64,000 bases of DNA from positions 32,001 through 96,000 of the forward strand of contig CAWAUV010000004.1 of NCBI GenBank assembly GCA_963785305.1, written 5' to 3'. A model generated the notes under the pieces. That model was given only the letters and a program-made list of their open reading frames with translations, was not told the DNA's origin and did no database searches. Shown one piece after another: positions 42,039 to 53,600 of this stretch (position 1 is its first letter; every line of letters begins with the position of its first letter). Position numbers and translations under genes: made by a program. The stretch is from an uncultured Planctomycetaceae bacterium (GTDB lineage: Bacteria; Planctomycetota; Planctomycetia; Pirellulales; PALSA-1355).

Positions 42039-42692
42039 TCACGAACCCTTCAGCCAGCCTTGATCCAGCGCATATCGCACAAGCTGCACTCGGCTTCGAA
42101 AACCGAGTTTGTCCATCAGTTTGGCCTTATGCGTTTCCACTGTCTTAACGCTCAGATCGAGCTCCGCCGCGACCTCCTTGTTCGAGTAACCTTCGACAGT
42201 AAGTCTCGCGATTTCGAGTTCCCGGTCAGTGAGGTCCGCCGCCCGAACCTGGCTGCCGCCACCGCGTCGGCCGCCGGTGGGCATGAGATACGCGCCCAGC
42301 GAGGGATCGACATAGCTGCAACCCGTGCTCACGGTGCGCACAGCGCGCACCAATTCATCGGCCGCCGCGCACTTGAGCACATAACCCCGGGCGCCGGCCT
42401 GCAATAGCCGCATCAAGTATCCGCGATCTTCGTGTACCGTCAGCGCCACGACTTCCACCGACGGGCACTCCCGCTTGATCCAGGTGGTGAGTTCGGCCCC
42501 ACCGACTTCGGGCATGCCTACATCGATCACCGCCACATCCGCCTGACAGTTTTCGAGCACTCGCTGCGCGTCGCGACCGTTGGTCGCTTCGCCGACGACG
42601 CGCATATCGGTCTGCGAATTGATGAGCGACTTCAGCCCTTCGCGCACAACCGCGTGATCATCGGCCAAGAATATGCGAAGCTTGTTCAACAT
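42039..42692 (-). CDS. NarL/LuxR-family response regulator
   Basis: ADDHAVVREG receiver, DVGMP, GYVLK; HTH LTDRE..GYSNKEVA..SVKTVETHK. Confidence 0.95.
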   Translation of the reverse strand: MLNKLRIFLADDHAVVREGLKSLINSQTDMRVVGEATNGRDAQRVLENCQADVAVIDVGMPEVGGAELTTWIKRECPSVEVVALTVHEDRGYLMRLLQAGARGYVLKCAAADELVRAVRTVSTGCSYVDPSLGAYLMPTGGRRGGGSQVRAADLTDRELEIARLTVEGYSNKEVAAELDLSVKTVETHKAKLMDKLGFRSRVQLVRYALDQGWLKGS

Positions 42693-43888
42693 GGCAATTC
42701 CTCCAGGGCCGCGTCAAAGGGAATCCGCACGTAGATCGTCGTGCCGCTACCCGGCCCCGATTCAAGTTCAAAGCTCCCGCCGGACATCTCAACGCGCTCG
42801 CGCATGCCGATCAGGCCAATGCGGTTTTGGGAAACCGCCTCGGGTATTATAACGCCGGGATCGAACCCCCGGCCATCGTCCTCGACGATCATTCGCACCT
42901 CGTTGCGCTTAAATTCCATCAACACGCTCACATACTTGGCGCCCGAGTGCTTGGCGACATTGCATAATGACTCCTGCGCGACTCGGTAAACGGTGGTTTC
43001 GATGTGACTAGCCAATCTTTGCGCCGGCGGTCCGAGGCAATCATAATCGGCGGCGATTTGGGTGCTTTGACGCCAGTCGTGCAAATATTGTTGGACCGCG
43101 GAGTCGAGCCCTAGGTCATCGAGCGCCGTGGGACGCAAATTCGTCGCCAAACGATGCGATTCTTGTCCGATATGGTTCGCGATCTCCAATAGATGGTCGA
43201 GTGTTCGTCGATCTTCCTCCGAAGCAGCGCGGTCGAGCGACCGCAATCCGAGAATCAACGCGGTGACATGCTGCCCTAACTCGTCGTGGAGTTCGCGGCT
43301 CAGCCGCCGACGTTCGTCTTCTTGCACACCGATTAGTTTTCGCATCAGGGCATCGCGTTGATCGAGTGCTTGCCGTCGATCGGTCCGGTCCACCAGCGTG
43401 GTCGGAAACGAAATTCCAGCGGTCTCGCTTCGTAGCGAACGGCGACTTATGAGTTCGAGTTCCAGAGCCGGGTCGCGCGGAGTCACGAAACGAATTACCG
43501 AGCGGATTTGTCCCCGCTCCGAACGGCAGCGCCGCATGTGGTCGAGAAAAGGAACCCGATCGCTAAACGCGATAAACTGCCGCAGCGGCATGCCGAGGAT
43601 CCGCGAGCGTTCCTTGTCGAATAGCGCCGCCGCCGCGAGATTGATTTCCATGACCGCTCCGATCCCGTCGAGCACGCAAAAGGGCACGGGAGCGAAGTCA
43701 AACAGATCGGTGTATTTTTCGCGCGAATCATCGAGCAGCCGTTGAGCCCGAATCAGTCCGTCGGTCTGAATCGTCATGGCCTCGCGCATCGTGTCGACCC
43801 GGTTCCAACTTGGTTCGCTGGCCGGATTCGCGCCGACCGCGCCGCGTGTGCTTGAGTCGGGGCTTTGGGTGGCGTCGCGCTTGGCCAT
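42686..43888 (-). CDS. PAS sensor histidine kinase (HisKA_3)
   Basis: PAS (LFDFAP), ERRRLSRELHDELGQ, QESLCNVAKHS, DDGRGF, GLIGMRER. Confidence 0.93.
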   Translation of the reverse strand: MAKRDATQSPDSSTRGAVGANPASEPSWNRVDTMREAMTIQTDGLIRAQRLLDDSREKYTDLFDFAPVPFCVLDGIGAVMEINLAAAALFDKERSRILGMPLRQFIAFSDRVPFLDHMRRCRSERGQIRSVIRFVTPRDPALELELISRRSLRSETAGISFPTTLVDRTDRRQALDQRDALMRKLIGVQEDERRRLSRELHDELGQHVTALILGLRSLDRAASEEDRRTLDHLLEIANHIGQESHRLATNLRPTALDDLGLDSAVQQYLHDWRQSTQIAADYDCLGPPAQRLASHIETTVYRVAQESLCNVAKHSGAKYVSVLMEFKRNEVRMIVEDDGRGFDPGVIIPEAVSQNRIGLIGMRERVEMSGGSFELESGPGSGTTIYVRIPFDAALEELPC

Positions 43889-46624
43889 GCCTGGTCTCCC
43901 CCTTTATTCCGGGCGAATGGTGACGATGAACGACGGTAGTTGTCCATCGGCCTGGGCGAATCGCCTCACGCTCAGCGCGGCCCGAACCGGCGCGGCGGTG
44001 TCCAAGGCGAGTGACAGCGGCCGCGTAACGGCCGTGCCGTCGCCGTCGCGTTCGGCTTGCAAGAGCGCGGGCAACTCGGTTGTTTTCCAAAATCCCCGCT
44101 GAAATTCGGCGACCGGCGTGTCAAGCGGCTGATCGTGGGCAATACCGAACAACTCGCCGAATGGCTCGTTCACCGCCCGCACGCATAATTCGGCGTCGAC
44201 GAACATGGCTGGCTCGCGAATCAGCGATAACAGTTGGTCGACAAACGAAGGCTCGACGATGAGCTGGCCTTGCTGCCGCTTGACGGCTTGAATGTCGAAC
44301 AGCGCGAGCACCGCGCCGTCGATGCGGTTCTCGATATTTTTGTACGGCCGAATGCGGAGCGAGTACCAGCGCCCTTGCTTGTCGCGCACTTCCCGACCGC
44401 TCGTGGTCATGGTATCGACGACTTCGCTGATCAAATGCTCGATGTCCGGGCAGTCGATATTGGGTTTGATATGGCCGATCGGCCGGCCGATGTCGGTCGG
44501 GATCAAGTTGAGAATTTTTTCGGCCATTGGCGTGAATCTGCGGATGCGGAGATCGCCGGACACCATGACGATCGCGATCTGAACGCTGCCGAGCAGGTTG
44601 ATCAAGTCGCTGTTGACGCGGCTGAGCTCCTCGTTTCGGCCGTGCAGCTCTTCGTTCAGCGTGTTGAGCTCTTCGTTGGTCGATTGAAGTTCTTCCTTGG
44701 CCGTGTCGAGCTCTTCGTTGGTCGACTGCAACTCTTCGTTGCTCGAAAGAATTTCCTCGTTGGCGGATTGCAATTCCTCGTTGGCCGCTTCCAAGTCCTG
44801 AATAATCGATTGGAGATATTCGCGGCTCGCGGCCAGCTCTTGCCGCAGGCGGCCAATTTCTTCCTCGCGGACTTTCCGCTGGTCCGCGCACGACTTTCCC
44901 CTCGTCGCCTTCGGGTTGGCCGTGGATTCATCGACCGCATGCGCGCCCGCATCGAAAAACAGCACGAGATACGATCGATCCTCGGCCGGCGCGCCCAGCG
45001 GCACGACTTCGATATCGACGTCGCGTCCCTGTCCATTGGACTTCACATGCACCCCCTCGCGGCGCACGGGCGCCTCGGACTTGCGCGCCGCGCGAGCGCC
45101 GCGCGCAACGCCTGGGCCAAGCCTTCGCGGGCCATTTTCAAGAGATTCAAACTGGCGTCGCCCGGGGCGGGCTCCAAATAGTAGCCGGTTTGACCGCGGA
45201 AGTGGACGATTTGCAGTTTCGCGTCGACGATCACTCCGGCCGGAGTATATTTGTCGAGCAACAACCGATTGACTTCGGTCTGCGCCGCCGAGCTCGCGCG
45301 GGGCTCGACGCCGTTTTTCCTCGCCAGTTCGATCGAGGGCAACTTGTAATCCGATTGCATGATCACCGTCGTCGCCAGATCGACCGCTTTTTTCGAATAC
45401 ACGCGATGCTTCTTATCGGCCACGGCAAACAGGTCGCCATGCACGCCCACGGTTTCCGCCTGACCGAGCATCAGGAACCCGTTGGCCTTGAGCGCGTAAT
45501 GAAAGATCATCATCAGCTTCTTCTGAAGCGTCGTGCCAAGATAAATCAACACGTTTCGGCACAGGATCAGGTCCAGCTTCGAGAATGGCGGGTCCCGGGT
45601 CAAATCTTGCCGAGCAAAAATACAAAGATCGCGAACGGTCTTGCTGATCAGATAGTGTCCGTCGCTGCGGATGAAAAAGCGGCTCAGCCGCTCGGGCGAA
45701 ACATCGGCTTTGATCGTGTCGGAGTACAAGCCAGCCCGAGCACGCTCGATGGCCATTTCGCTTAAATCCGTGGCGAATATCTGGATCGAGACGTTTTTCG
45801 CGTCGTCGCCCAAAAATTCGAGCAACGCCATGCCGACGGAATAGGGCTCTTCGCCGGTCGAACAGCCAGGAATCCAAATGCGGATCGGCATGTCCGCCTT
45901 GCGCTCCGCCACGATCCGTGGAAACACGAGCTGTTGCAACGTGTCGAACGATTCCGTCTCGCGGAAAAACCGCGTGACATGAATCAAAATGTCTTGGAAG
46001 AGATGTTGGACTTCCGCCGAATTTCCCTCCAAATATTGCAGGTAATGCTCCACGTTGGGAATCTTGTGCAGCACCATGCGGCGGTGAAGTCGGCGCTTGA
46101 TGGTCGGACGCTTATAGTGAGTAAAGTCGACTCCACTCAAGCTTCGCAGCATTTGAAAGACGCGCCGCAGTTGTTCCTCGCCCACCTCGGGCTCATCACC
46201 CAGATTTCGGGCAACTCCACGACGAATGTAAGGGTGACTGGCGATTCGCAATAATTCGACGGCGACTTCCAAGGGCGACAGGACCAGATCGACCATGTTC
46301 GTGGCGATGGCGGCCCGGGGCATGCTGTCGAACTTGGCGGTCGTCGGCTCTTGGGCGAAAGTAATGCCGCCGCCGGCCTTGATCGCCTTGATGCCGATGG
46401 CGCCATCGGTCGCCGTGCCGGAGAGGATCACGCCGATGGCGCGGCCATCGAACTGGTCCGCGACCGAACAGAAAAATGTATCGATCGGGGTATAACGGTC
46501 GGCGCCACCCGGTCTCGGGCCGATGCGAAATGTATCGCCGAGTAGCGTCATGCTGGCGTCGGGCGGAATCACATACACGCGGTTGATCTCGAGTGGCATT
46601 CCGTCGGCGACTTGTGAAACCGGC

Positions 46625-48163
46625 GTAACTGTTAAGCCGTGGCGTGGCCTGGGCGCGGGGGGGCGGTGGCGATATTGGCGGGGATCGCGGGCGAGGAATT
46701 TCCGGGGATGGGTCGCGTGGCGGATGGTTTAACTGCTATTGGTGATCGGCAGCGGCAGGGTCTTGCCTTGCAATTTAGCGCGGCACGACTTCGATTCCAT
46801 ACCTTGCGAAGCTCAAACCGTTTTTCGCGCCGGTCGCGATCACGCTCTTGATTCGGGCGAACGCCGCCGCGCTCCATTCGGTCCGATGCGTGCCGCCATC
46901 ATTCCTCGCCGCCGCCAGGCTTCGGATGTCGCGTTCGGTTCCGTTGTTGTCGGCCGGAACATTCGCATCGTCGAGGAAGGTGAACAATTCGTCCGAGTGC
47001 TTGAACAGCCGGCGCCAGATTCGCAAACATTCGCGATGCCGCACGCGCAGTCTCGAGCATCAACGTGTCGAAACGGTTTTGAATCTCGTGTCGGGCCGCG
47101 TTGAAAGCTTTTTTGCCGAGCGACTTGCGCTCGTGGCCCAACCGGATCGCGTCTTGAAACAGCGTGATCAACGGCTGGATGAAGGCCCGCACGCTCGCCG
47201 CCGGCAACGTCTCGCGCAGCTTGTGCAACTCGCGAAGCAAATGGACCAAGCAGCGCTGTTTGCGGCAGTCGAGCCCGTTGTAGACCGCATAAAAATCGCT
47301 GACCAGCGTGCCCGCGAACGATGTGCCCAACGCTCGCTCGAGCACGGCCCGATTGCGATGACGATCGATCAGGAACAATGCCAAGCGCGGGTCTCGAAAA
47401 CACCAGGCCCACGCGGGCAGTCCGTCGATCCGCCAACCGGTCTCATCGCCTTGCACGACCGGCGAATTGCGCAAGAGTTCCCAGAGTTTGTCGACCACCG
47501 GCTCGAACAAAGCGCCGCCCCAACGCAAATGGCCGAGCAATCCGGCCCGGCTGGCCGAAAGACCAAAGAAGTCGTTCAGCAAGTGTTGCGTTTTGCCGAG
47601 CGAGATGCCCAGGTGAACCCGCGCGTAGCAGACCAACAAGCGCGCGCGTGGCCCGATGTGGGCGCCGGGCAGTTCCAAGTCGCCGCGTCCTTGGCAGGTG
47701 GCTTGGCAATGTTCACAACGATAGGTATGACGGCGATACCGATGCCATTCGAGCTTGGGCTCTGGAATCTCCGCCATCTCATGGTCTTCGAACTCGCCGG
47801 TGGCGGTCAGATCGCGGCCGCCACAGTGCGGACACTCTCGCGGATGCACATCGTGTTCGATGAATACCGTGCCGGGCGGCGGCCCTGGACGAAAGCTGCC
47901 CGGATGTTTGCGAAACTGCTTGCGGCGGCGATCCTGTTCGCCACGCCGCGCATCGCTGGCCGAGCGGGTTTTCTTGCGCCGCTGCAAAAACTTTTGGACT
48001 TGCTGTTCGAGTTGCTCGACGCGCTTGCGCAGCGTTCCGTTCTCCGCCTGCAACCGGGCGATTTCCGCTTCCAACTCGGCGATCCGTCGATCTCGATCAT
48101 CCATGATCCAGTCAATGTGACCGAAAACCCAATTTCGGGAAAGAGGAAATGCTTAACAGTTAC
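46625..48163 (-). mobile_element. IS66-family insertion sequence (single-ORF, ISBst12-like), 1539 bp
   Basis: 13-bp TIR GTAACTGTTAAGC / GCTTAACAGTTAC; 8-bp TSD AAACCGGC at 46617-46624 and 48164-48171. Confidence 0.95.
46775..48104 (-). CDS. IS66 transposase (frameshift near 47050)
   Basis: Coiled-coil N-term, CPHCG/CEHC Zn finger, DETGW, LVSDFYAVY, QRCLVHLLR, DNNGTERDIR. Confidence 0.92.
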
Positions 48164-48785
48164 AAACCGGCAGCCGGCAATGCGCCGCCAAGAGTTCGGG
48201 CAACAAACTCGTGTTGCTCGGCGAAAGATGCTGGACAAACACGATCGCCATCCCGGAACTCAACGGCAGGTCATGCAGCAACTGCGAGAAGGCTTCGAGC
48301 CCGCCGGCCGAAGCGCCCACGGCCACGATCGGCCAACTTTCACGAGGGCCATTCGGCTCGCCGCCCGAGCTCTCGTCCGCCGCTGGCAGGCTCTCCAGCG
48401 CGGGTACGTCGGCGGAAGTGGTTTGCGCGGAGACTCGCCGCGAACTTTTTCGTTTCTTGGCCATGGACCGAATCTACTAGGGAATGCGATTTAAAAGCGC
48501 TGAACCACGGAGGACGACGCGCGCGACGGGGTTTCGGCCGGATCGTCGCGTCGAGAGCAATCTTGTCGCCGCCGCCTCATCCTAGCAGTTTTCCGCCGTC
48601 GAAGCGGCTCGCGGGGGGGGGGGGCGTCTCCAAAATTCGTGGATCAAAACGTTTGATCCCGACCGCCGAAACCGCCAAGCGAGCCGACCCCAGCGATACG
48701 GTTCGGGAGCGAAACGTTTCGGGCGCGACACGCTTCGAATCCGGCACGTGTTTTCACTGGCGGCGGTTCGGGTGTTCACCGGGGC

Positions 48786-50042
48786 TCATGAATCGCTAGC
48801 CACGAGTCGCAGCGGCAGGTCGATCTCGCGGCCCTCGCGGACGACGGTGAGAATCACTTCGTCGCCGGGCCGCTTGGCTTCCACGAGATTGAGAAAATCG
48901 TTCGCCGTGGTGATCGGTCGGTGGTCGACGGCGATGATCAGGTCGGCCGCGTTGCGATCGATCGTCTGCGACTCGTAGGAGAAGGGTCCTTGCCGACGCC
49001 GCTGCTTCACCACTTTAAATCCGCGCAATCCCGCCTGCTCGGCTGGCCCGCCGGGCGTCATCGTGGCGATCAGGAGCCCCTTTTCCGTTTGAAGCACGCG
49101 GGCAATGCCGGCGTCGGGACGAATCACGCGGCCATGAGCGATCAACTCCGGCACGACCCGAACGATATTGGACACCGGAATAGCGAAGCCGACACCCGCG
49201 CTTTGGCCCGTCTTGCTGGCGATGGCCGTGTTCATGCCGATGAGCCGGCCGTGGCTGTCGAGCAGCGGACCGCCCGAGTTGCCGGGGTTGATCGCGGCGT
49301 CGATCTGAATGATCGACTTGATCGTGCGATGGTTGTGGGTCGGCAGCGAGCGATCGAGACTCGAAATGATTCCGGTGGTGAGCGTGCGCTCGAGTCCAAA
49401 AGGATTGCCGATGGCGAACACCTTCTGGCCGACCCGCAGCCGCTGGGAGCTGCCGAGCGTGACCGGCATCAGCGAATCGCGGGGCGCGTCGATCTTGAGC
49501 ACCGCCACATCATTCGAGGCGTCGCCTCCCACGAGCCGGGCTTCGTAGCTCTTGCCATCGTAGAGCGTCACTTGGATTTCCCGCGCGTCTTCGATCACAT
49601 GGTAGTTCGTGAGAATATGTCCCTCGAGATCGAGCACCGAACCGGAGCCGGCGCCCTCGGCCGGTATTTCGAACAGGCTGAAGGTATCATTGCGAACCAC
49701 CTTCGTGTTGATGTTCACCACCCCGCGATTGCAACTCTCGTACACGCGCACGCTGACCCGCTCCTCCGGCGTGAGATCGTCGTCTTCGGGCGGCAGCCGC
49801 TCGAGGACCGGTTCGTCAACGGGCGCGGGAGCCCCTGGCGGCTGGGCCGGCCGAGGCCGCGACTGCCGAGGATCGACAAACGCGGCTGGGCCCTGGCCCG
49901 CGGACGCCGGCGCCGAGCGGCGCGAGGAACCCGGCTCGGCCGCCAGGGCGAGGACGGCGTTGTCCCGCTGGGTGAGCAGCAGTGTCAGGGCCGAGCCCAG
50001 AAGCGCGGAGCCAAGGCAGAGTAAACTGATGCGACGCATGAG
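48786..50042 (-). CDS. HtrA/DegP-like S1C serine protease with PDZ
   Basis: TNYHV, DVAVLKI, IQIDAAINPGNSGGPL, C-terminal PDZ. Confidence 0.95.
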   Translation of the reverse strand, partial: LMRRISLLCLGSALLGSALTLLLTQRDNAVLALAAEPGSSRRSAPASAGQGPAAFVDPRQSRPRPAQPPGAPAPVDEPVLERLPPEDDDLTPEERVSVRVYESCNRGVVNINTKVVRNDTFSLFEIPAEGAGSGSVLDLEGHILTNYHVIEDAREIQVTLYDGKSYEARLVGGDASNDVAVLKIDAPRDSLMPVTLGSSQRLRVGQKVFAIGNPFGLERTLTTGIISSLDRSLPTHNHRTIKSIIQIDAAINPGNSGGPLLDSHGRLIGMNTAIASKTGQSAGVGFAIPVSNIVRVVPELIAHGRVIRPDAGIARVLQTEKGLLIATMTPGGPAEQAGLRGFKVVKQRRRQGPFSYESQTIDRNAADLIIAVDHRPITTANDFLNLVEAKRPGDEVILTVVREGREIDLPLRLVASDS

Positions 50043-50061
50043 AATCACCGATCGAGGCTAT

Positions 50062-50136
50062 GGAACAGGGTGCGGCGGAACAGGGTGCGGCGGAACCGGG
50101 TGCGGCGGAACAGGGTGCGGCGGAACCGGGTGCGGC
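50062..50136. repeat. Tandem repeat, 5 x 15 bp
   Basis: GGAAC(A/C)GGGTGCGGC x5 just upstream of the protease start. Confidence 0.92.
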
Positions 50137-50619
50137 GCGCGCCGCGAACGCAGAATCGTCGCAAGCGATTCGCGCATGCCGAAAATCCTGAAAAACGGCC
50201 CGCGGGCGGCTTATTCTTCTTTCCACGATACGCGAGCGAGGCTATTTTTCCAACGGCGCTTGCCGGGGAGCATGTTACGACTTTCGGTTTTCGGTTTTCA
50301 TTTTTCCGTGGGCGATGCGGGGCCGTTGGCGCGGCGGAGAGTGCTTGCGGGATTGCCGGCGCCCGTCGCCGAGGCGGCGCGCCGCGATCTTGGCCGAGGC
50401 CGGTAGGGCCGGTTGCGCGGAAAATTCCGAAATTCCCGACGCCAAGTCTTGAATTTTTGTAGCGGTAATCGAGTAGAACAAATAGAATATGGAAGCGGCT
50501 GCGGGGGGCCATCACTTCGCCGCCGCGACAATTCCCGTTTGCCATTCCCTGCGGCGCCTGGGCTTCGCCACGGAACACGAAGCACCGAGCGCCGAGACAT
50601 TTCGTGTTTGGAGCTTGCC

Positions 50620-53600
50620 ATGTCCATGTCCAAAGCTTGCTCGCTATTGACGGCGCTTGGTTTGGTGCTGGGTCACTCGGTCGCTGGGGGCGCTGCCCCG
50701 GAGAACAAGGAGTCGGCGCCCGCGCAACTCGCCAATCGTGGCGGCGCCGCGCCGAGTCATCTGGACACCTATGTGCGAGCCGATGGCGCCGCATACTTCG
50801 CGCTGAGCCTTTCGCCGACCGGAGCGGCGCCCAAGGCGGCTGGCCACGACATCGCGGTGTTGTTCGACACGTCGGCCAGCCAGGCCGGGCCGTTTCGCGC
50901 CAAGGGACTCGAAACCCTGGAAGCCTTCATCGAGCGACTGCCTCCGACCGATCGCGTGCAACTGTTTGCGGTCGATATCTATCCCACGGCGCTGACCGAT
51001 GGTTTCGTGTCGCCCGCTGGCGAAAGCATCAAAAAGGCAATTGCGACCCTCAAGAACTGCGCACCGCTGGGATCGACCGATCTGCCCGCCGCGCTCGAGG
51101 CCGCCCGGCTGGCCCTTGAAGGCAAGGCGCCCGCCCAAGCGAGCGACGCGAAATCGACCGATAGCGCGGCGAATTCGACTGGCGACAAAACTTTAGCAGC
51201 CGACAAAACTTTAACCGCCGATAAGGCGAGCCCCGCGCGGAAAGACGCTCCGGCGAGCGATCGCACGCGCGCGATCGTTTATATCGGCGATGGCCAGAGC
51301 GTGGCCAACATGGTCGACATTACCGCGTTTCGCGATGCGACCGAGCGAATGTCGCAAAGCCGAATCTCGCTGACGAGCCTCGCGATCGGTCCGCGGCTCG
51401 ACACCGGCCTGCTCGCCGCGCTCGCCAACCAAACCGGCGGAATGCTCGCCGTCGACGGCGACACGTTCACGCCGCACCAATTCGCGCAGTTTCTGGCGAT
51501 CGGGGCGCATGGCGCCGTGCTTTGGCCCGACGCGATGCGCTGGCCCGAAGCGCTCGGCGATGTGTTTCCGCGTCAGCTCCCGCCGCTCAGGTTCGATCGG
51601 GAAACGGTCGTGCTCGGGCAAGGCAAGCCGGCGTGCCCGGTGACGATCCAAGTCACGGCCGACTGTTTGAACGCGCGCATGCCGCTCGCCTGGAGGATCG
51701 AAAGCGCTCATTTGAATGAGGACCTGTCGTTTCTGCCGCAATTGATCGATCTCGTGCGCGTGAGCGATGGTCTGACTCTGCCCACGCTGGGCGACGCGGG
51801 CTTGCGCGAAACCGGGCGGATGCTCGGCGCCGGCAACCAGCGCTTGGCCGATCTGAGCAACCAAGCCATTGCGGTTGGCAATTTCGACGACGCCGAAAAG
51901 TTGGCCGACGAAGCCTTGCGCCGCGATCCGCGCGACCCGATGGCGCAAGCCGTCAAGCGCAAGCTGTCTGAAACGCGCGCCCAAGGCGGCAAGGAATCGG
52001 CCATGAAGGAAAAGAAGGGTGGACTGAAGCTTGGCAAGCCGAAGGGCAAGGATTCCTCGAGATTGCGTCGCGCCGCCGACGACCTGGCGGCGAGCGAGTC
52101 GGCAACCGGCAATGACGGCGCATGGGGCGCCGTGTTGTTCGCCGTTCCCGATGAATTGCCCGCCGACGCGCCTGCGCCGACCTTGCTCGACAACCAGCAG
52201 CGCGACAACGATGTGGTCGCGGGCCTGATCGAACTGCAAGTCAACAACGCCCTCAAGACCGCCCGGGCGCACATGTCCGACAATCCGTCGGGCAATCTGC
52301 AAGACATCAAAGTGTTGCTCGAGCAGGTGCATGCCGCGCCGGAATTGAACACCGAACTGCGCCATCGCCTCCAAACCGAGCTCGCCACGATGGTGCGAGA
52401 GATCGAACGCCGGGTCGTCGAAAAAGACGCGAACGAAGCGGCGGCCAATCACACCCTGGCCGCTGCTCGCGAGCGCGAGCGACTTGCCCGGGAGCTCGAC
52501 ACGAAGCAGGAAAAAGAGCGACAATTGATGGACCGCTTCAACTCGCTGATGGGCGAGCGGCGGTATCTGGAAGCCCAAGAGGGCCCGGCGGCCGAGATCT
52601 CGGCGCTCGACCCGCGAAGCCCGAATGCTGTCGCGGCCACGCTCAATTCACGCATGACGCGGAATGTGACCCAAAACGTCGATTTCCGCCTGCGTCGCCA
52701 GCGGGGCGTGATCGATATGCTCGCCCAGGCCGAGCTGTCGAGCATTCCATTTCCCGACGATCAGCCGATCGTGTATCCCGACGCGCAGTTCTGGCAAGAG
52801 CTTACTTTGCGCCGCAAACAATATGCGGCGGTCGACTTGAAGAAGGACTCGGCGGCGGAGAAGAAGATTCGCAAGGCGCTCGCCGACTCGACGGTGCTCG
52901 AGTTCGTGGAAACGCCGCTGAGCGATGTGATCGCTTACTTGCGAGATCTGCATCAGATCGAGATTCAGGTCGACGACAAGAAATTGGAGGAGGCCGGCAT
53001 CAGCCTCGATATGCCGATCACCAAGACGCTTCGCGGCGTCAGCCTCAAGAGCGCCCTGCGGCTCATGCTCCAGCCGCTCGAGCTTTCCTATGTGATCAAG
53101 GATGAAGTGCTCCTGATCACCACCAAGGAAGAAGTCGACAACACGCTCGTGACCAAAGTCTATCCGGTCGCCGACCTCGTGCTTCGGATTCCCCCCGCAA
53201 TGCCGATGGGCATGCGAGGCGGCATGGGTGGCATGGGTGGCATGATGGGCGGTGGCATGGGTGGCGGAATGGGTGGCATGGGTGGCGGAATGATGGGCGG
53301 CATGGGTGGCGGAATGGGTGGCGGAATGGGTCGCATGGGCGGTGGCATGGGCGGAATGTTCGTCGTGCCCGATGAACTGCCGGTCGACGGGCCCCTGGGC
53401 CCCACGCTGCTCGACACCCAGCAGCGCGACAACGATGTGGTCGCGGGCATGATCGAATTGCAAGTCGCCAACGCCATTAAAAACGCCCGGGCGCACATGG
53501 CCGACAATCCCACCGGCAATCGCCAGGACTTGAAGGAGTTGCTCGATCACGTGCGGCTCGCGCCGGAACTGAATTCCGAGCTGCGCAGTCGGCTCCAGGG

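Larger units (their letters stand above)
43904..48464 (-). pseudogene. CheB-CheR-coiled coil-PAS fusion interrupted by IS66 (extra frameshift near 45070)
   Basis: CheB GASAGG/QH/SGTATDG; CheR VTRFFR, GCSTGEE, CRNVLIY; EELQSTNEEL repeats; removing the IS and one TSD restores the frame HCRLPVSQVADGMPLEINRVYVIPP. Confidence 0.92.

Noticed and set aside
47030..47070. Programmed frameshift in the IS66 transposase
   Set aside because: No slippery heptamer, and similar indels occur throughout the window
46848..48494. 548-aa plus-strand ORF across the IS
   Set aside because: Antisense shadow of the transposase and cheB; no motifs
48690..48750. TTCGAATCC T-loop-like motif suggesting a tRNA
   Set aside because: No acceptor stem or cloverleaf could be built
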